This document shows positions 26,856-36,370 of a stretch of DNA of 64,000 nucleotides, piece by piece. The first letter of the stretch is position 1, and each line of letters opens with the position of its first letter. A program made the position numbers and the translations under genes. The notes under the pieces are model-generated. The model saw nothing but the letters and a program-made list of their open reading frames with translations, was not told the origin of the DNA and made no database searches. The stretch is from Clostridiales bacterium UBA1234 (GTDB lineage Bacteria; Bacillota; Clostridia; TANB77; UBA1234): NCBI GenBank assembly GCA_002308995.1, contig DBWQ01000005.1, forward strand, positions 28,592 to 92,591. The letters are read 5' to 3'.

Positions 26856-29800
26856 TTAAGCAGCTTCTTGCTCGTCATCTTGTTTAGTATTTTCCGTTTC
26901 TTGTGGAAGAACTGCTTCTACTTGTTTAGTAGATTCTGTTTCTTCAACTGATGATTTTTCTTCAATCGTTTTTGGTTCTTCTACTGGAATTTCTTCCTCA
27001 GATGCCTTTGGCTCTTCTACTGGAACTTCTTCCTCAGATGCCTTTGGCTCTTCTACTGGAACTTCTTCCTCAGATGCCTTTGGTTCTTCTACTGGAACTT
27101 CTTCCTCAGATGCCTTTGGCTCTTCTACTGAAACTTCTTTCTCAGATGCCTTTGGCTCTTCTACTGAAATTTCTTCCTCTTCTTTCTTGTCATCCTCAGA
27201 AGGTTTGATTACTTCTTCCTCTTCTTTCTTGTCATCCTCGGAAGGTTTGATTACTTCTTCCTCTTCTTTCTTGTCATCCTCAGAAGGTTTGATTACTTCT
27301 TCCTCTTCTTTCTTGTCATCCTCTGAAGGTTTGGTTACCTCTTCCTCTTCTTTCTTGTCATCCTCTGAAGGTTTGGTTACCTCCTCGGCTTCTTTTTCAT
27401 CTTTGTCTTTCTTTTCTTCAACCTTTTCTTCTGACTCTACAACTTCCTCAGCTTCAACTTTTTCTCCAGATTCTATCATTTCAATCTCATCGCTATCTTC
27501 TGAAATGATTTCCTCTTTTTCATCAGGCTCAGCTAACGCATTTTCTATTGCAAGTAATTCTTCTTCTGATAAATCTCCTGTATTGTCTTTGCCTACGTAT
27601 ACAACGGTCCATGTGAACTCATCACTATCCATCGTCTTTGTCATAAGAGCTTTTCTTAGACCTCTTGTTCCTGCTGATGTTCCTAATTCCATGGTAAATG
27701 CACTACATCCAGGATAATTAGAAATATCCCATGAGATATTATTCTCTTCATCAATAGCAATATGGTTTTCCGCTAATTGTGAGGAATTACTTACAGTGAT
27801 TGTAACAGTATCGCCTGATACATCTTTATAAGTTAAAGTAATTGGATAAATATTTTCTGTATCGGTTAAGGTTGTTCCAATATATCCATGATCCGATTGC
27901 ATTGAATTAATTTCACTAGCAATCTCTTCAAATGCTTTCACTAAACCTTCCTCATTTGTTGCTGGGAATATCCTTAATTGATTGTTGTTAACAATCTTAT
28001 TCATTTCTCCAGTTGCAAAGGAATCTCCTAGTCCAACTGCAAATGATTCGATTTCAAACTTTCTAAAATCTCTAAGTGTCGAATCACTAATTTCTTTTTT
28101 AGCATCTGGTTCTCCATCCGACAAAAATACTAAAATATTTGTCGCATTATCAAGCATTCTATCTCCTTTGTCTCCGCTAAATACTGCTGTTGCATTGGCT
28201 AATGCCTGATTGATATCTGTTCCACCAGCCACTTCAATTGCATTAATAGCGGTCTCTACTGCCGAGTAGGATGGATTTGTTTTGGTATCACTGATAGTAA
28301 CGTCAGATGCAAATTGAATAAAGGTTATCGTAATATTTTCTGATGCACCTTTGTTCTCAAGAATCGATTTTGCAAATGCTTTTGCAGCTGTTTTCAAAGC
28401 ACTTAATCTTGAACTATAAAGTAGTCCACATTGTTTGCAGTATGAGGTGCCTCCTAGACTTCCATGTTCGCTACAAGAATAGGTCCATCCTGTTAGCATT
28501 CCTCCCCAACTTCTTGTTACATGGGCTTTACCGCACTCTGTGCAGTAGATATCATATTTATCAGAATCATATTTGCCTGTGTCCCAATCCCATCCTGATG
28601 CATCACAATCTAAGTCACCACTTCCATGTTTTAAGCAAAATGTCATACTTCCTGATGTATCAAGTAATAAGACAATGTTCTTATTTGATTCTTGTTTTAA
28701 AATAACAGAATCTTCGATAGCAACACTACTTGTTCCAGTTGCTCCTTCGGTTGCTTCTACGGTAAGTGTTGCACCTGCAGGAACCATATTAGATACTGTT
28801 AAATCAAATGTTAGTGTATCATCTACCGAATTAATTGTATAGGTGATGGTACCACTATCAGAATCGTATACAGCTCCTTCTGGCAAGTTGGCAATCGTAG
28901 ATGCTACATGGTCAATTGAATCACCACTTCTGGTTGCACCACTAATACTCAAACAAACTGTCATTGGGTATTCTCCTGATGTTTCACCACCTATTTCTTC
29001 AAATGAAACCGTATACTTAATGGTATCTCCTGGCTCAGCCTTGGTTCCATCAGCTTTTGGATAATCTGAATTAATGGTAGCGCTTAAAGTTGCTTTTTCT
29101 TTTCTATTGTAACTTGCGACATACGTTACATCACCTGTTACAACTTCATTTGCTATAGTAACGCTTGCACCATTCTTTGTCCAACCAGCAAACTCATACT
29201 TGTATGTGCTATCTGATGGTCTGGTTGGTTCACCACTATCATAGCTTGGAGTTGTTCCATGTTTTACATTTTCATCTACTTCTAATTGTGTTCCATTGTA
29301 ATTTTGCCAAGTAACAGTGTAGCTATTCAAAGTATAGTATAGTTTTAATACTAAACTACCATCTCCTGCAATCTCACCACTAACAATGTTATTTGCATTG
29401 TTTGGATCGAATGTGAAGCCTTCAAATTCTTTTTGCTCTGCTTCTACTACTGCTCCGGTTGTTCCCGTTAAGTTTTCGGTTTGCTTAATTTCAAAAGTAC
29501 CATTTAGTTTTTCAGTGTAGTGTTTTACTTGGTATGGTGTATCGTCCTTTGCACTAAATGAACCTGTAATGGTTACATTCTCTGCTGGCATTGGGAAGGT
29601 ACCTGTTCTATCCCAACCACTAAACTCATATCCTGCTGCTGTTGCTGGATCTGCCACAGTTACTGTTGCACCGTATGCATATTCTCCGCTTGCAGGTAAT
29701 GCTGTTGCATCTGCTGGGATAACTTCGCCTGTGTATTCATACTCTACTGTGTAACTATTTCTTACATAGTATAGTTTTAATACTAGGCTTCCGTCTCCGG

Positions 29801-32800
29801 CAATCTCACCACTAACTACATTGTTTGTATTTGTTTCATCGAAGGTAAAGCCTTCAAATTCTTTTTGCTCTGCTTCTACTACTGCTCCGGTTGTTCCTGT
29901 TTCATTTACTGTTGCATCGTCATCTTTTTCAAATGCTGTCTTTTCTACATTTTGTTTGTAGTATTCTACTGTGTATGCGGTATCGTCCTTTGCACTAAAT
30001 GAACCTGTAATGGTTACATTCTCTGCTGGCATTGGGAAGTTTTCCGTTCTGCTCCAGCCACTAAAGGTATATCCTGCAGCTTCGGCTGGACCTGCTACGA
30101 TAACAGTTTCATCAAATAAATACTCCCCACTTGCAGGTAATGCTGTTGCATCTTTCGGAATCACTTCGCCTGTGTATTCATACTCTACTGTGTAACTATT
30201 TCTTGTATAGTATACGTTAATCACATTATCGCTATCTGCTAAAACTAGTTCTTCTGGATCAACACTATCATAGGTAAAGCCAGGTGCTTCCTCTAGTTTT
30301 TCGCTTTCGCCACTAATCATGTCACCAACTTTGACGTCAGTTACTGTTTTTGCATCAGCAACTGTCACTGTTGGTTTATCTTTTTCTAAATAATTAACGG
30401 TATAGCTTGTAGACTTTCTTGTATAGGAGATTGTTGCTTCTAATACATCTTTATTAAGTGTTTCTACATCTTTCGTGATGGTGTACCAAGAAGCTTCTTC
30501 GCCACTATATACATAGTCGGCAACTGCTACTGTTTTATCCACGCTATCGATGATAACCTTATTATCTTCAACGGTCACAGCTTCATCATCAAATACATGA
30601 TGAATAACTGCTTCTAGTGGTAGTACAGTAACTGTTACCTCTTTTTCTACTACAACTACATCATGAATGGTGATGGTAACTGTTGCTGTTACTTCGCCAG
30701 AGGTAATGCCACGAACTGTTGCTTCATTTTCATCGCTGCCCTTCACAATTTCTGCAATTGTTTCTTCTTGATCTAATGTCCAAACAACTGTCTTCTTTTC
30801 TGCATCTGGTCTTAAAGTAAGTGTCATTTCCTTTTCTTCACCAATGTATAGGGTAACACCATTTGCTAGAGCATCAATTGTTTCATCACCCGATGGAGTA
30901 ATCGTTGGATCACCAGAAGGGTCACCTGATGGATCAACTGTTGGGTCTCCCGATGGGTCTACAGGAACTTCAATCTCAATTTCTCTATCTAATACAATAA
31001 CATCGACTACTTTGGTAATCTCAAAACCTTGCACGGTTGTGGCAGTAATTGCAACTTGAACAGGTTCTTTTGTTGCTGCCAAAGCTGTTACTGTGCCATC
31101 TTCTGCTAAGGTAATATTTTCATGGTTGGTTCCCTCAACGATTTCGTAAGCATAAGTTGCTTGTAAATCTTCTGGAATGATGCTTACATTAAATCTTCTC
31201 TTTTCACCAACCCACATTACTAGGCCATTTGCTTCAATGTCTTCGTTTGTAATATCCCCCGAGTTATCTCCAGATGGAACTACTGGTGTATCACCAGATG
31301 GGTCTCCTGAAGGATCTACTGGTGTGTCACCTGATGGATCTCCTGATGGTTCAACCGTATTTGGATCTGGATCTGCTTCTACTTTGATGGTTGCCCAAAT
31401 AGCATCTAATCGAATATTTTCTGATAACTTCGAAATGGTTTCGCCACCGGCATAAATCGTCGTGCCATTTTCTCTCTTCCAACCAGCAAATTCAAAACCT
31501 TCTATTGCTAAATCAGCAGGCTTTTCATGAACTACAACATCTAAACCAGTTACGACGGTTTGTTTAAGATCTGTCAATTCATCACCACTACTATAGTAGG
31601 TAACTGAAAAATGATCTTCTTCATCATCTGGGATGTTGTTTTCATTTTGATCTTCACCAAATTTAACAGTAATCTCATGGTCTGCGATAACGTCCTCAAA
31701 TTTATATCCGTCAACTTTATATTGATCTCTTTCTTCTGTTGAAAGAGCTGTACCATCTACTGTAATTTCTTTTACGGTATATTTGTCATCTGGAGTAAAT
31801 GTATATGTGTAATCCTTTTCATAGTCTGCATTGATAGTTCCCTCTGGAGCAATACTTCCGTGATTATCTCCACTTTCATCAGTTACTACCGAAGACGTAA
31901 TATGAAGTTGAATCACTTTAACATCAATTTCTCTTGATACTTCTACACCATTAATCGAAACTGTCACTTTTGCTTTCGTTTCGCCTTCTGCTAAACCTTT
32001 GATAGTGGCATTTTCTGTGTTCTCACCTTTCACAAAGTCTGCATAGGTTTGAGTTTCATCTATAAACTCCCATGCAACAACTTTGTTTTTAGCATCTGGT
32101 GTTAATGTAAGAGATAATTCTTTTTCTTGTCCTACATATAGAGTAACACCATTTGCTAATACATCAATTGTTTCTTCTCCTGATGTTGGCGTTTCGCCTG
32201 ATGGATCACCTGTTGGTGTTGGCGTTGGTGTTGGTGTGTCACCTGATGGTGTTGGTACATCCCCAGATGGATCTACTGGTGTTTCGATAGTAATTTCTCT
32301 ATCTAATACAATAACGTCTACTACTTTGGTAATTTCAAAACCTTGTGCCGTCGTTGCAGTAATAGAAACTTGGACTGGTTCTTTCGTCTCAGCCAAAGCT
32401 GTTACTGTACCATCTTCTTCTAATATAATATTTTCATGGTTGGTTCCTTCAATAACGCTATAAGTATAGGTTGCTTGTAAATCTTCTGGAATGATGCTTA
32501 CATGAAATTTTCTCTTTTCGCCAACCCACATGACTAAGCCATTTGCTTCAATGTCTTCGTTGGTAATATCACCAGGGTTATCTCCTGATGGAGTCACTGG
32601 TGTTTCGCCTGATGGATCACCTGATGGGTCTCCACTTTCTACTGTGTTAGGGTCTGGATCAGCTTCTACTTTGATGGTTGCCCAAATTGCATCCATACGA
32701 ATATGTGATTTTAATTTACTGATAGTCTCGCCACCACCATAAATTGTATTGGTGTCTTGTCTTCTCCAACCAGCAAATTCATATCCTTCTTGCATAAAGT

Positions 32801-33581
32801 CAACTGGTTTTTCATGAACAGTAACATCCTTTCCCGATGCTACTCTTTGTTTTAAATCAGTTAACTCTTCGCCACTATTATAGTAGGTAACATTGTAGTA
32901 GATGGTTGTACCACCACCGCCACCTCCTGTTGGGCGTTCTATCTCAATATTTTCTTCTAATTTATTTAATAGTTCTACAGTTTCAGCACGTGTTACATTC
33001 TTAAGAATTTTAAGAGTGCCGTCTTTATAACCATTAATAAAGTTGTGAACAGAATAACTGTGAATTGCTTGTCTAGCCCATGCTTGTACTTCTTTATTAT
33101 CAGAGTATTGTGCTAAACCATCTACATGATCTTCTGGATACTCTTCTTTATCGATGTGAATGATTCTCGCCAAAATGACTGTTGCTTCTTGACGTCTAAT
33201 TGGATCTTGTGGTTTGAAAGTACCATCATCATAACCCGTGATATAGCCACGTCTTACTGCTTCTTCTACATAGCCTGTATACCAAGCATTTTCAGGGACA
33301 TCCTTAAATGTTGAACCTCCCTTCGGTGTAGAATCATAGCCAAAGAAGTTATTGACTATCTTAACGTACTCAGCTCTTGTGATAGTTTGGTCAGCTTTGA
33401 AAGTGCCGTCCTTGTAACCATCCACATAGCCTCTGTCTAAAAAGTCCATAATCTTTTCATAGCACCAATGAGTAGGTTTTAAATCGCTAAAACCAGGTGT
33501 TGCTGCTTGTGAGATCAATGAAACAGTAATTAATGATAATACAAGTATTAAACTTGCCATCTTAAAAACTTTAGACTTCAT
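26856..33581 (-). CDS. Giant SLH-anchored multidomain adhesin (3x SLH, InlB-B/Flg_new-like repeats, Big_2, MucBP-like repeats, vWA, acidic tail)
   Basis: GGAGGAA lies 7 nt before the ATG at 33581 (MKSKVFKMASLILVLSLITVSLISQA signal peptide). Three SLH repeats are present (FSDLKPTHWCYEKI..., FKDVPENAWYTGYVEEAV..., YSDNKEVQAWARQAI...). The vWA MIDAS motif is VLLLDTSGSM. There is no LPXTG. The track start at 33674 is an upstream extension. Confidence 0.8.
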   Translation of the reverse strand: MKSKVFKMASLILVLSLITVSLISQAATPGFSDLKPTHWCYEKIMDFLDRGYVDGYKDGTFKADQTITRAEYVKIVNNFFGYDSTPKGGSTFKDVPENAWYTGYVEEAVRRGYITGYDDGTFKPQDPIRRQEATVILARIIHIDKEEYPEDHVDGLAQYSDNKEVQAWARQAIHSYSVHNFINGYKDGTLKILKNVTRAETVELLNKLEENIEIERPTGGGGGGTTIYYNVTYYNSGEELTDLKQRVASGKDVTVHEKPVDFMQEGYEFAGWRRQDTNTIYGGGETISKLKSHIRMDAIWATIKVEADPDPNTVESGDPSGDPSGETPVTPSGDNPGDITNEDIEANGLVMWVGEKRKFHVSIIPEDLQATYTYSVIEGTNHENIILEEDGTVTALAETKEPVQVSITATTAQGFEITKVVDVIVLDREITIETPVDPSGDVPTPSGDTPTPTPTPTGDPSGETPTSGEETIDVLANGVTLYVGQEKELSLTLTPDAKNKVVAWEFIDETQTYADFVKGENTENATIKGLAEGETKAKVTVSINGVEVSREIDVKVIQLHITSSVVTDESGDNHGSIAPEGTINADYEKDYTYTFTPDDKYTVKEITVDGTALSTEERDQYKVDGYKFEDVIADHEITVKFGEDQNENNIPDDEEDHFSVTYYSSGDELTDLKQTVVTGLDVVVHEKPADLAIEGFEFAGWKRENGTTIYAGGETISKLSENIRLDAIWATIKVEADPDPNTVEPSGDPSGDTPVDPSGDPSGDTPVVPSGDNSGDITNEDIEANGLVMWVGEKRRFNVSIIPEDLQATYAYEIVEGTNHENITLAEDGTVTALAATKEPVQVAITATTVQGFEITKVVDVIVLDREIEIEVPVDPSGDPTVDPSGDPSGDPTITPSGDETIDALANGVTLYIGEEKEMTLTLRPDAEKKTVVWTLDQEETIAEIVKGSDENEATVRGITSGEVTATVTITIHDVVVVEKEVTVTVLPLEAVIHHVFDDEAVTVEDNKVIIDSVDKTVAVADYVYSGEEASWYTITKDVETLNKDVLEATISYTRKSTSYTVNYLEKDKPTVTVADAKTVTDVKVGDMISGESEKLEEAPGFTYDSVDPEELVLADSDNVINVYYTRNSYTVEYEYTGEVIPKDATALPASGEYLFDETVIVAGPAEAAGYTFSGWSRTENFPMPAENVTITGSFSAKDDTAYTVEYYKQNVEKTAFEKDDDATVNETGTTGAVVEAEQKEFEGFTFDETNTNNVVSGEIAGDGSLVLKLYYVRNSYTVEYEYTGEVIPADATALPASGEYAYGATVTVADPATAAGYEFSGWDRTGTFPMPAENVTITGSFSAKDDTPYQVKHYTEKLNGTFEIKQTENLTGTTGAVVEAEQKEFEGFTFDPNNANNIVSGEIAGDGSLVLKLYYTLNSYTVTWQNYNGTQLEVDENVKHGTTPSYDSGEPTRPSDSTYKYEFAGWTKNGASVTIANEVVTGDVTYVASYNRKEKATLSATINSDYPKADGTKAEPGDTIKYTVSFEEIGGETSGEYPMTVCLSISGATRSGDSIDHVASTIANLPEGAVYDSDSGTITYTINSVDDTLTFDLTVSNMVPAGATLTVEATEGATGTSSVAIEDSVILKQESNKNIVLLLDTSGSMTFCLKHGSGDLDCDASGWDWDTGKYDSDKYDIYCTECGKAHVTRSWGGMLTGWTYSCSEHGSLGGTSYCKQCGLLYSSRLSALKTAAKAFAKSILENKGASENITITFIQFASDVTISDTKTNPSYSAVETAINAIEVAGGTDINQALANATAVFSGDKGDRMLDNATNILVFLSDGEPDAKKEISDSTLRDFRKFEIESFAVGLGDSFATGEMNKIVNNNQLRIFPATNEEGLVKAFEEIASEINSMQSDHGYIGTTLTDTENIYPITLTYKDVSGDTVTITVSNSSQLAENHIAIDEENNISWDISNYPGCSAFTMELGTSAGTRGLRKALMTKTMDSDEFTWTVVYVGKDNTGDLSEEELLAIENALAEPDEKEEIISEDSDEIEMIESGEKVEAEEVVESEEKVEEKKDKDEKEAEEVTKPSEDDKKEEEEVTKPSEDDKKEEEEVIKPSEDDKKEEEEVIKPSEDDKKEEEEVIKPSEDDKKEEEEISVEEPKASEKEVSVEEPKASEEEVPVEEPKASEEEVPVEEPKASEEEVPVEEPKASEEEIPVEEPKTIEEKSSVEETESTKQVEAVLPQETENTKQDDEQEAA
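26968..27395 (-). repeat. In-frame coding tandem repeats (about 6 x 36 bp, then about 5 x 45 bp) encoding the acidic C-terminal tail
   Basis: The protein repeats are EEPKASEEEVPV x6 and EEV(I/T)KPSEDDKKEEE x5. The near-identical DNA units are directly visible. Confidence 0.85.
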
Positions 33582-33692
33582 TTTACAGTTCCTCCTTTTT
33601 GATTTTAACCTTATTAGGTTTTGTAAAAAATTTTTAACAAATAAGACCAGAGAGTATTTCTCTGATCTTATCAAAACAAAAAATATGAAAAA

Positions 33693-34550
33693 TTATTCCA
33701 CGATAATGTTAAACTTGGAAATCATTTCTTTTTGTAGGTAAACTGCGATGGATGTCATTCCAACTTTTCTAGCTTCTATCGTGTACGTTTCTTCATCAAG
33801 CATTGCCACATCCTCATTTTCGATAACAAAGCTTAAGTCATCTTCAAAAGAATCATTTTGTATCATCACTGCCAAATGAACACTTTCATTAACGCTTAGC
33901 TTTATCTCTTCGTGAATTGGTGAAACAATCGCTTTGCCACTTTCATATTTTAAAATCCCGATTTCAACCATTGAAACATCTCTATCTTTTGTGATGGTAA
34001 CTTCTTGTCCTAGATAGTCTTGACATCGATTCATGACTGTGACAAGCTCCGCTTTCGTAATATACTTTCCAGGTTTAAATGATAAATCTGGATATCCTTT
34101 CAAAATATTTATCTCTTGTAACTTTGCAACGTAACCTCTCGCCCAGTGTAAAATTTCTTCATTATCATTGAAAGTTGTTTGAGCCTCTAAATCAATCTCA
34201 ATATCAAAATTCAAAACTTTACTAACAATTATTGCCAATTCTTCTCTTGTAATACATGCATTTGGATTATTTTCCAAAAAATAACTATTTTGTTTTTCAA
34301 CACTTAAGCTATCTTCTGAAGAAAGAAATCCATTTTTCTTCATAAAAGATTCAAATATCTTTTCTATCTCTGAAGCAGTAGCCGCTTGGTCAGGAAAAAA
34401 CTGATCATGAGAGATAGTAATCATGTTATCATGAACGGCTCTTTGAATCTCTTGTGAAGCCCAATGGTTTTCAAAATCTGATGCAAAAGAAATATGGCAC
34501 ATTAACATAACTAGAACGAATGTTGCTAAAAAGAAGATTTTGTGATTCAT
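33693..34550 (-). CDS. Secreted SLH-like / Big_2 domain protein
   Basis: A signal peptide is followed by two SLH-like segments (HWASQEIQRAVHDNMI; HWARGYVAKLQEINILKGYPDLSFKPGKYITKAELV) and a C-terminal Ig-like module. Confidence 0.55.
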   Translation of the reverse strand: MNHKIFFLATFVLVMLMCHISFASDFENHWASQEIQRAVHDNMITISHDQFFPDQAATASEIEKIFESFMKKNGFLSSEDSLSVEKQNSYFLENNPNACITREELAIIVSKVLNFDIEIDLEAQTTFNDNEEILHWARGYVAKLQEINILKGYPDLSFKPGKYITKAELVTVMNRCQDYLGQEVTITKDRDVSMVEIGILKYESGKAIVSPIHEEIKLSVNESVHLAVMIQNDSFEDDLSFVIENEDVAMLDEETYTIEARKVGMTSIAVYLQKEMISKFNIIVE

Positions 34551-34928
34551 ATTTTTCTCCTTTTCTCCGCGTAATTACACTCATAGCAAGATTACCTTCT
34601 AACGCTCATTCATTAAATCACAGATACTATGAAAAGTCAAGGTTTTTTCTTACGGAAATAATGATTTGCAAAATTTGAAAAGAATTCCTTATAACCCTTG
34701 AAAAGACTATAAAAATATTTTCTTTTCAAAAATATTTTTGGATAACATAAATACATGATGAACGCCTATATCCGTAAGCATAACTAATTTGTAAACCTTT
34801 TCCAAATTGGCTCTACTCTAGCATTTTAGAGTTTTTCTTCTTTACTTTTCCTTATTTTTCTGCTATAATATAGTTAACATAGAAACAAGGAAGTCATGAT
34901 ATCTCTTTATGTAAAGGAGGTAAGGATT

Positions 34929-35810
34929 ATGAAAAAGATGTTTTATCAAAGTTGTATAGGAATTATCATATTCATTTTTTTACAAGCTATCTTTGGCATT
35001 GTCCTTGCCGAAAATGAATCTTCCATTCCTTTTTCTTACAATGTGTTACCAACTGTGAAACGTGAAAGTATTATTGATAGTAAAGCAACTCCTACGTTAG
35101 CATTTAGATTATATGAACCAGTAGAAGCTATTTTTTATAACGGCAAGCAAGTAACGGTTATGGATGACATGTTTTCTATTGATGTAAGTGATTTAAGTGG
35201 TAAGTGCATGATAACGTTTACCAACCAAAATGGTGACAAAGCCATGTTTCAATATTATTTTCCCAATGCTTATGGCAAAGTGGATGACTATGAACTTGTG
35301 AAAGGTGAAGATTTAAATGTTTATGTAGAAACCTATCGCAATATTAAAATTATCTATACGGATAAAGAGGAAAATGCGATGGAAAAACTAAAAGAGTATA
35401 TCGAATTACTTCCTGAAAACTATACTCAAAATGTGAAAACCATTCAAATGATTCCATTTGATAATACACAAAATATTGCAGGAACTACCAAAGATACTAC
35501 CATAACGTTATATCATTTTAGCCAATATGCGAAACAAACCAAAATGCAAATTATCTTTCATGAAATTGCCCATACTTTTGCCAACAAAATGATGGAGAAA
35601 AAAATCATAGATTATTCTTATTCACAATATACAAAGGCAGCCATTAAAGATAGATGCTTTGTTAGCAAGTATGCTCAAAAATCTGCCTCTCTTCAAAGTC
35701 GTTTAAGTGAAGATTTTGCAGATGCGATGGCAGAATATTTCATGAGTTCTTCTTTCGAAAGACGTTTCCCAAATCGCTATGCTTATCTAAATAGTCTTTT
35801 GGGAAAATAA
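34929..35810 (+). CDS. Secreted zinc metalloprotease, ATLF-like (M34 / Pro-Pro-endopeptidase-like fold)
   Basis: AAGGAGG RBS before the ATG at 34929, then a signal peptide. The HExxH motif is IIFHEIAHTF, with a downstream SEDFADAMAEYF (third ligand Glu) as in anthrax LF/PPEP-type domains. Confidence 0.55.
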   Translation: MKKMFYQSCIGIIIFIFLQAIFGIVLAENESSIPFSYNVLPTVKRESIIDSKATPTLAFRLYEPVEAIFYNGKQVTVMDDMFSIDVSDLSGKCMITFTNQNGDKAMFQYYFPNAYGKVDDYELVKGEDLNVYVETYRNIKIIYTDKEENAMEKLKEYIELLPENYTQNVKTIQMIPFDNTQNIAGTTKDTTITLYHFSQYAKQTKMQIIFHEIAHTFANKMMEKKIIDYSYSQYTKAAIKDRCFVSKYAQKSASLQSRLSEDFADAMAEYFMSSSFERRFPNRYAYLNSLLGK

Positions 35811-35869
35811 TGAATGAAACAAAAAGCCCCCCAAATGAAAGAATTTTTCATTTGGGGGTATTTTTTTTC

Positions 35870-36355
35870 TTATTTATTGATTAAATCAGTAAGCTTTTCT
35901 TTTTGGACTACACCAACTACTTTTCTTTCAATTTTTCCCTCTTTAAAAATAGCAATGGTTGGAACAGCATTAATCCCAAAATAGTCTTTTAATCCAATTT
36001 CAGCATCTGTATCCACTTTTGCAATTTTAACCTCTGGATTTTCTGCCGCAAATACTTCTAGAATTGGTTCTTGTACTTTGCAATCTTCACTCCATGTATT
36101 GCAAAACTCTATCACAACTATTTTATCTGATTGTAGAACCTCTTTCTCATAATTTTTTTCGGTAAGCTGAATTAATTTTGACTCACCAGAAAAACCTACG
36201 ACTTCTCCAGACTCTGCAACAGGATTCGTTGGTGTTTGTTCTTTGATAATAGGAACAGGATTCTGTTTGTCACCAAGCTTTTTCCAAATGATACACCCTA
36301 CCAATAGTAACAAAATGACAACAATAACAATCATGAGTACACGTTTTTTCTTCAT
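35870..36355 (-). CDS. Membrane-anchored thioredoxin-fold protein with an atypical W-S-E-D-C active site
   Basis: IVVIEFCNTWSEDCKVQEPIL aligns to the Trx motif FWAEWCGPCK, so the nucleophilic Cys is replaced by Ser. The cis-Pro region is AVPTIAIF. Confidence 0.6.
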   Translation of the reverse strand: MKKKRVLMIVIVVILLLLVGCIIWKKLGDKQNPVPIIKEQTPTNPVAESGEVVGFSGESKLIQLTEKNYEKEVLQSDKIVVIEFCNTWSEDCKVQEPILEVFAAENPEVKIAKVDTDAEIGLKDYFGINAVPTIAIFKEGKIERKVVGVVQKEKLTDLINK

Positions 36356-36370
36356 AAGTATTCTCTCCTT

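Noticed and set aside
26968-27395. Possible CRISPR array, because of regular 36- and 45-bp repeats
   Set aside because: The repeats are contiguous with no unique spacers, are in frame, and encode the EEPKASEEEVPV and EEVIKPSEDDKKEEE protein repeats. No cas genes are nearby.
26951-27717. Plus-strand ORFs with Leu/Pro-rich or Ser-rich repeats (26951-27208, 27187-27717)
   Set aside because: These are antisense translations of the acidic tandem repeats of the SLH adhesin. They have no start context and lie fully inside a well-supported minus-strand gene.
26856-33581. The giant SLH adhesin as a canonical Pro-Pro endopeptidase substrate of the neighbouring protease
   Set aside because: PPEP-1 and PPEP-2 cleave between two prolines (xNP|PVP and PLP|PVP). 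I scanned the 2,272-aa track translation and found no Pro-Pro dipeptide at all. If the protease acts on this adhesin, its specificity must differ. Only the synteny argument is retained.
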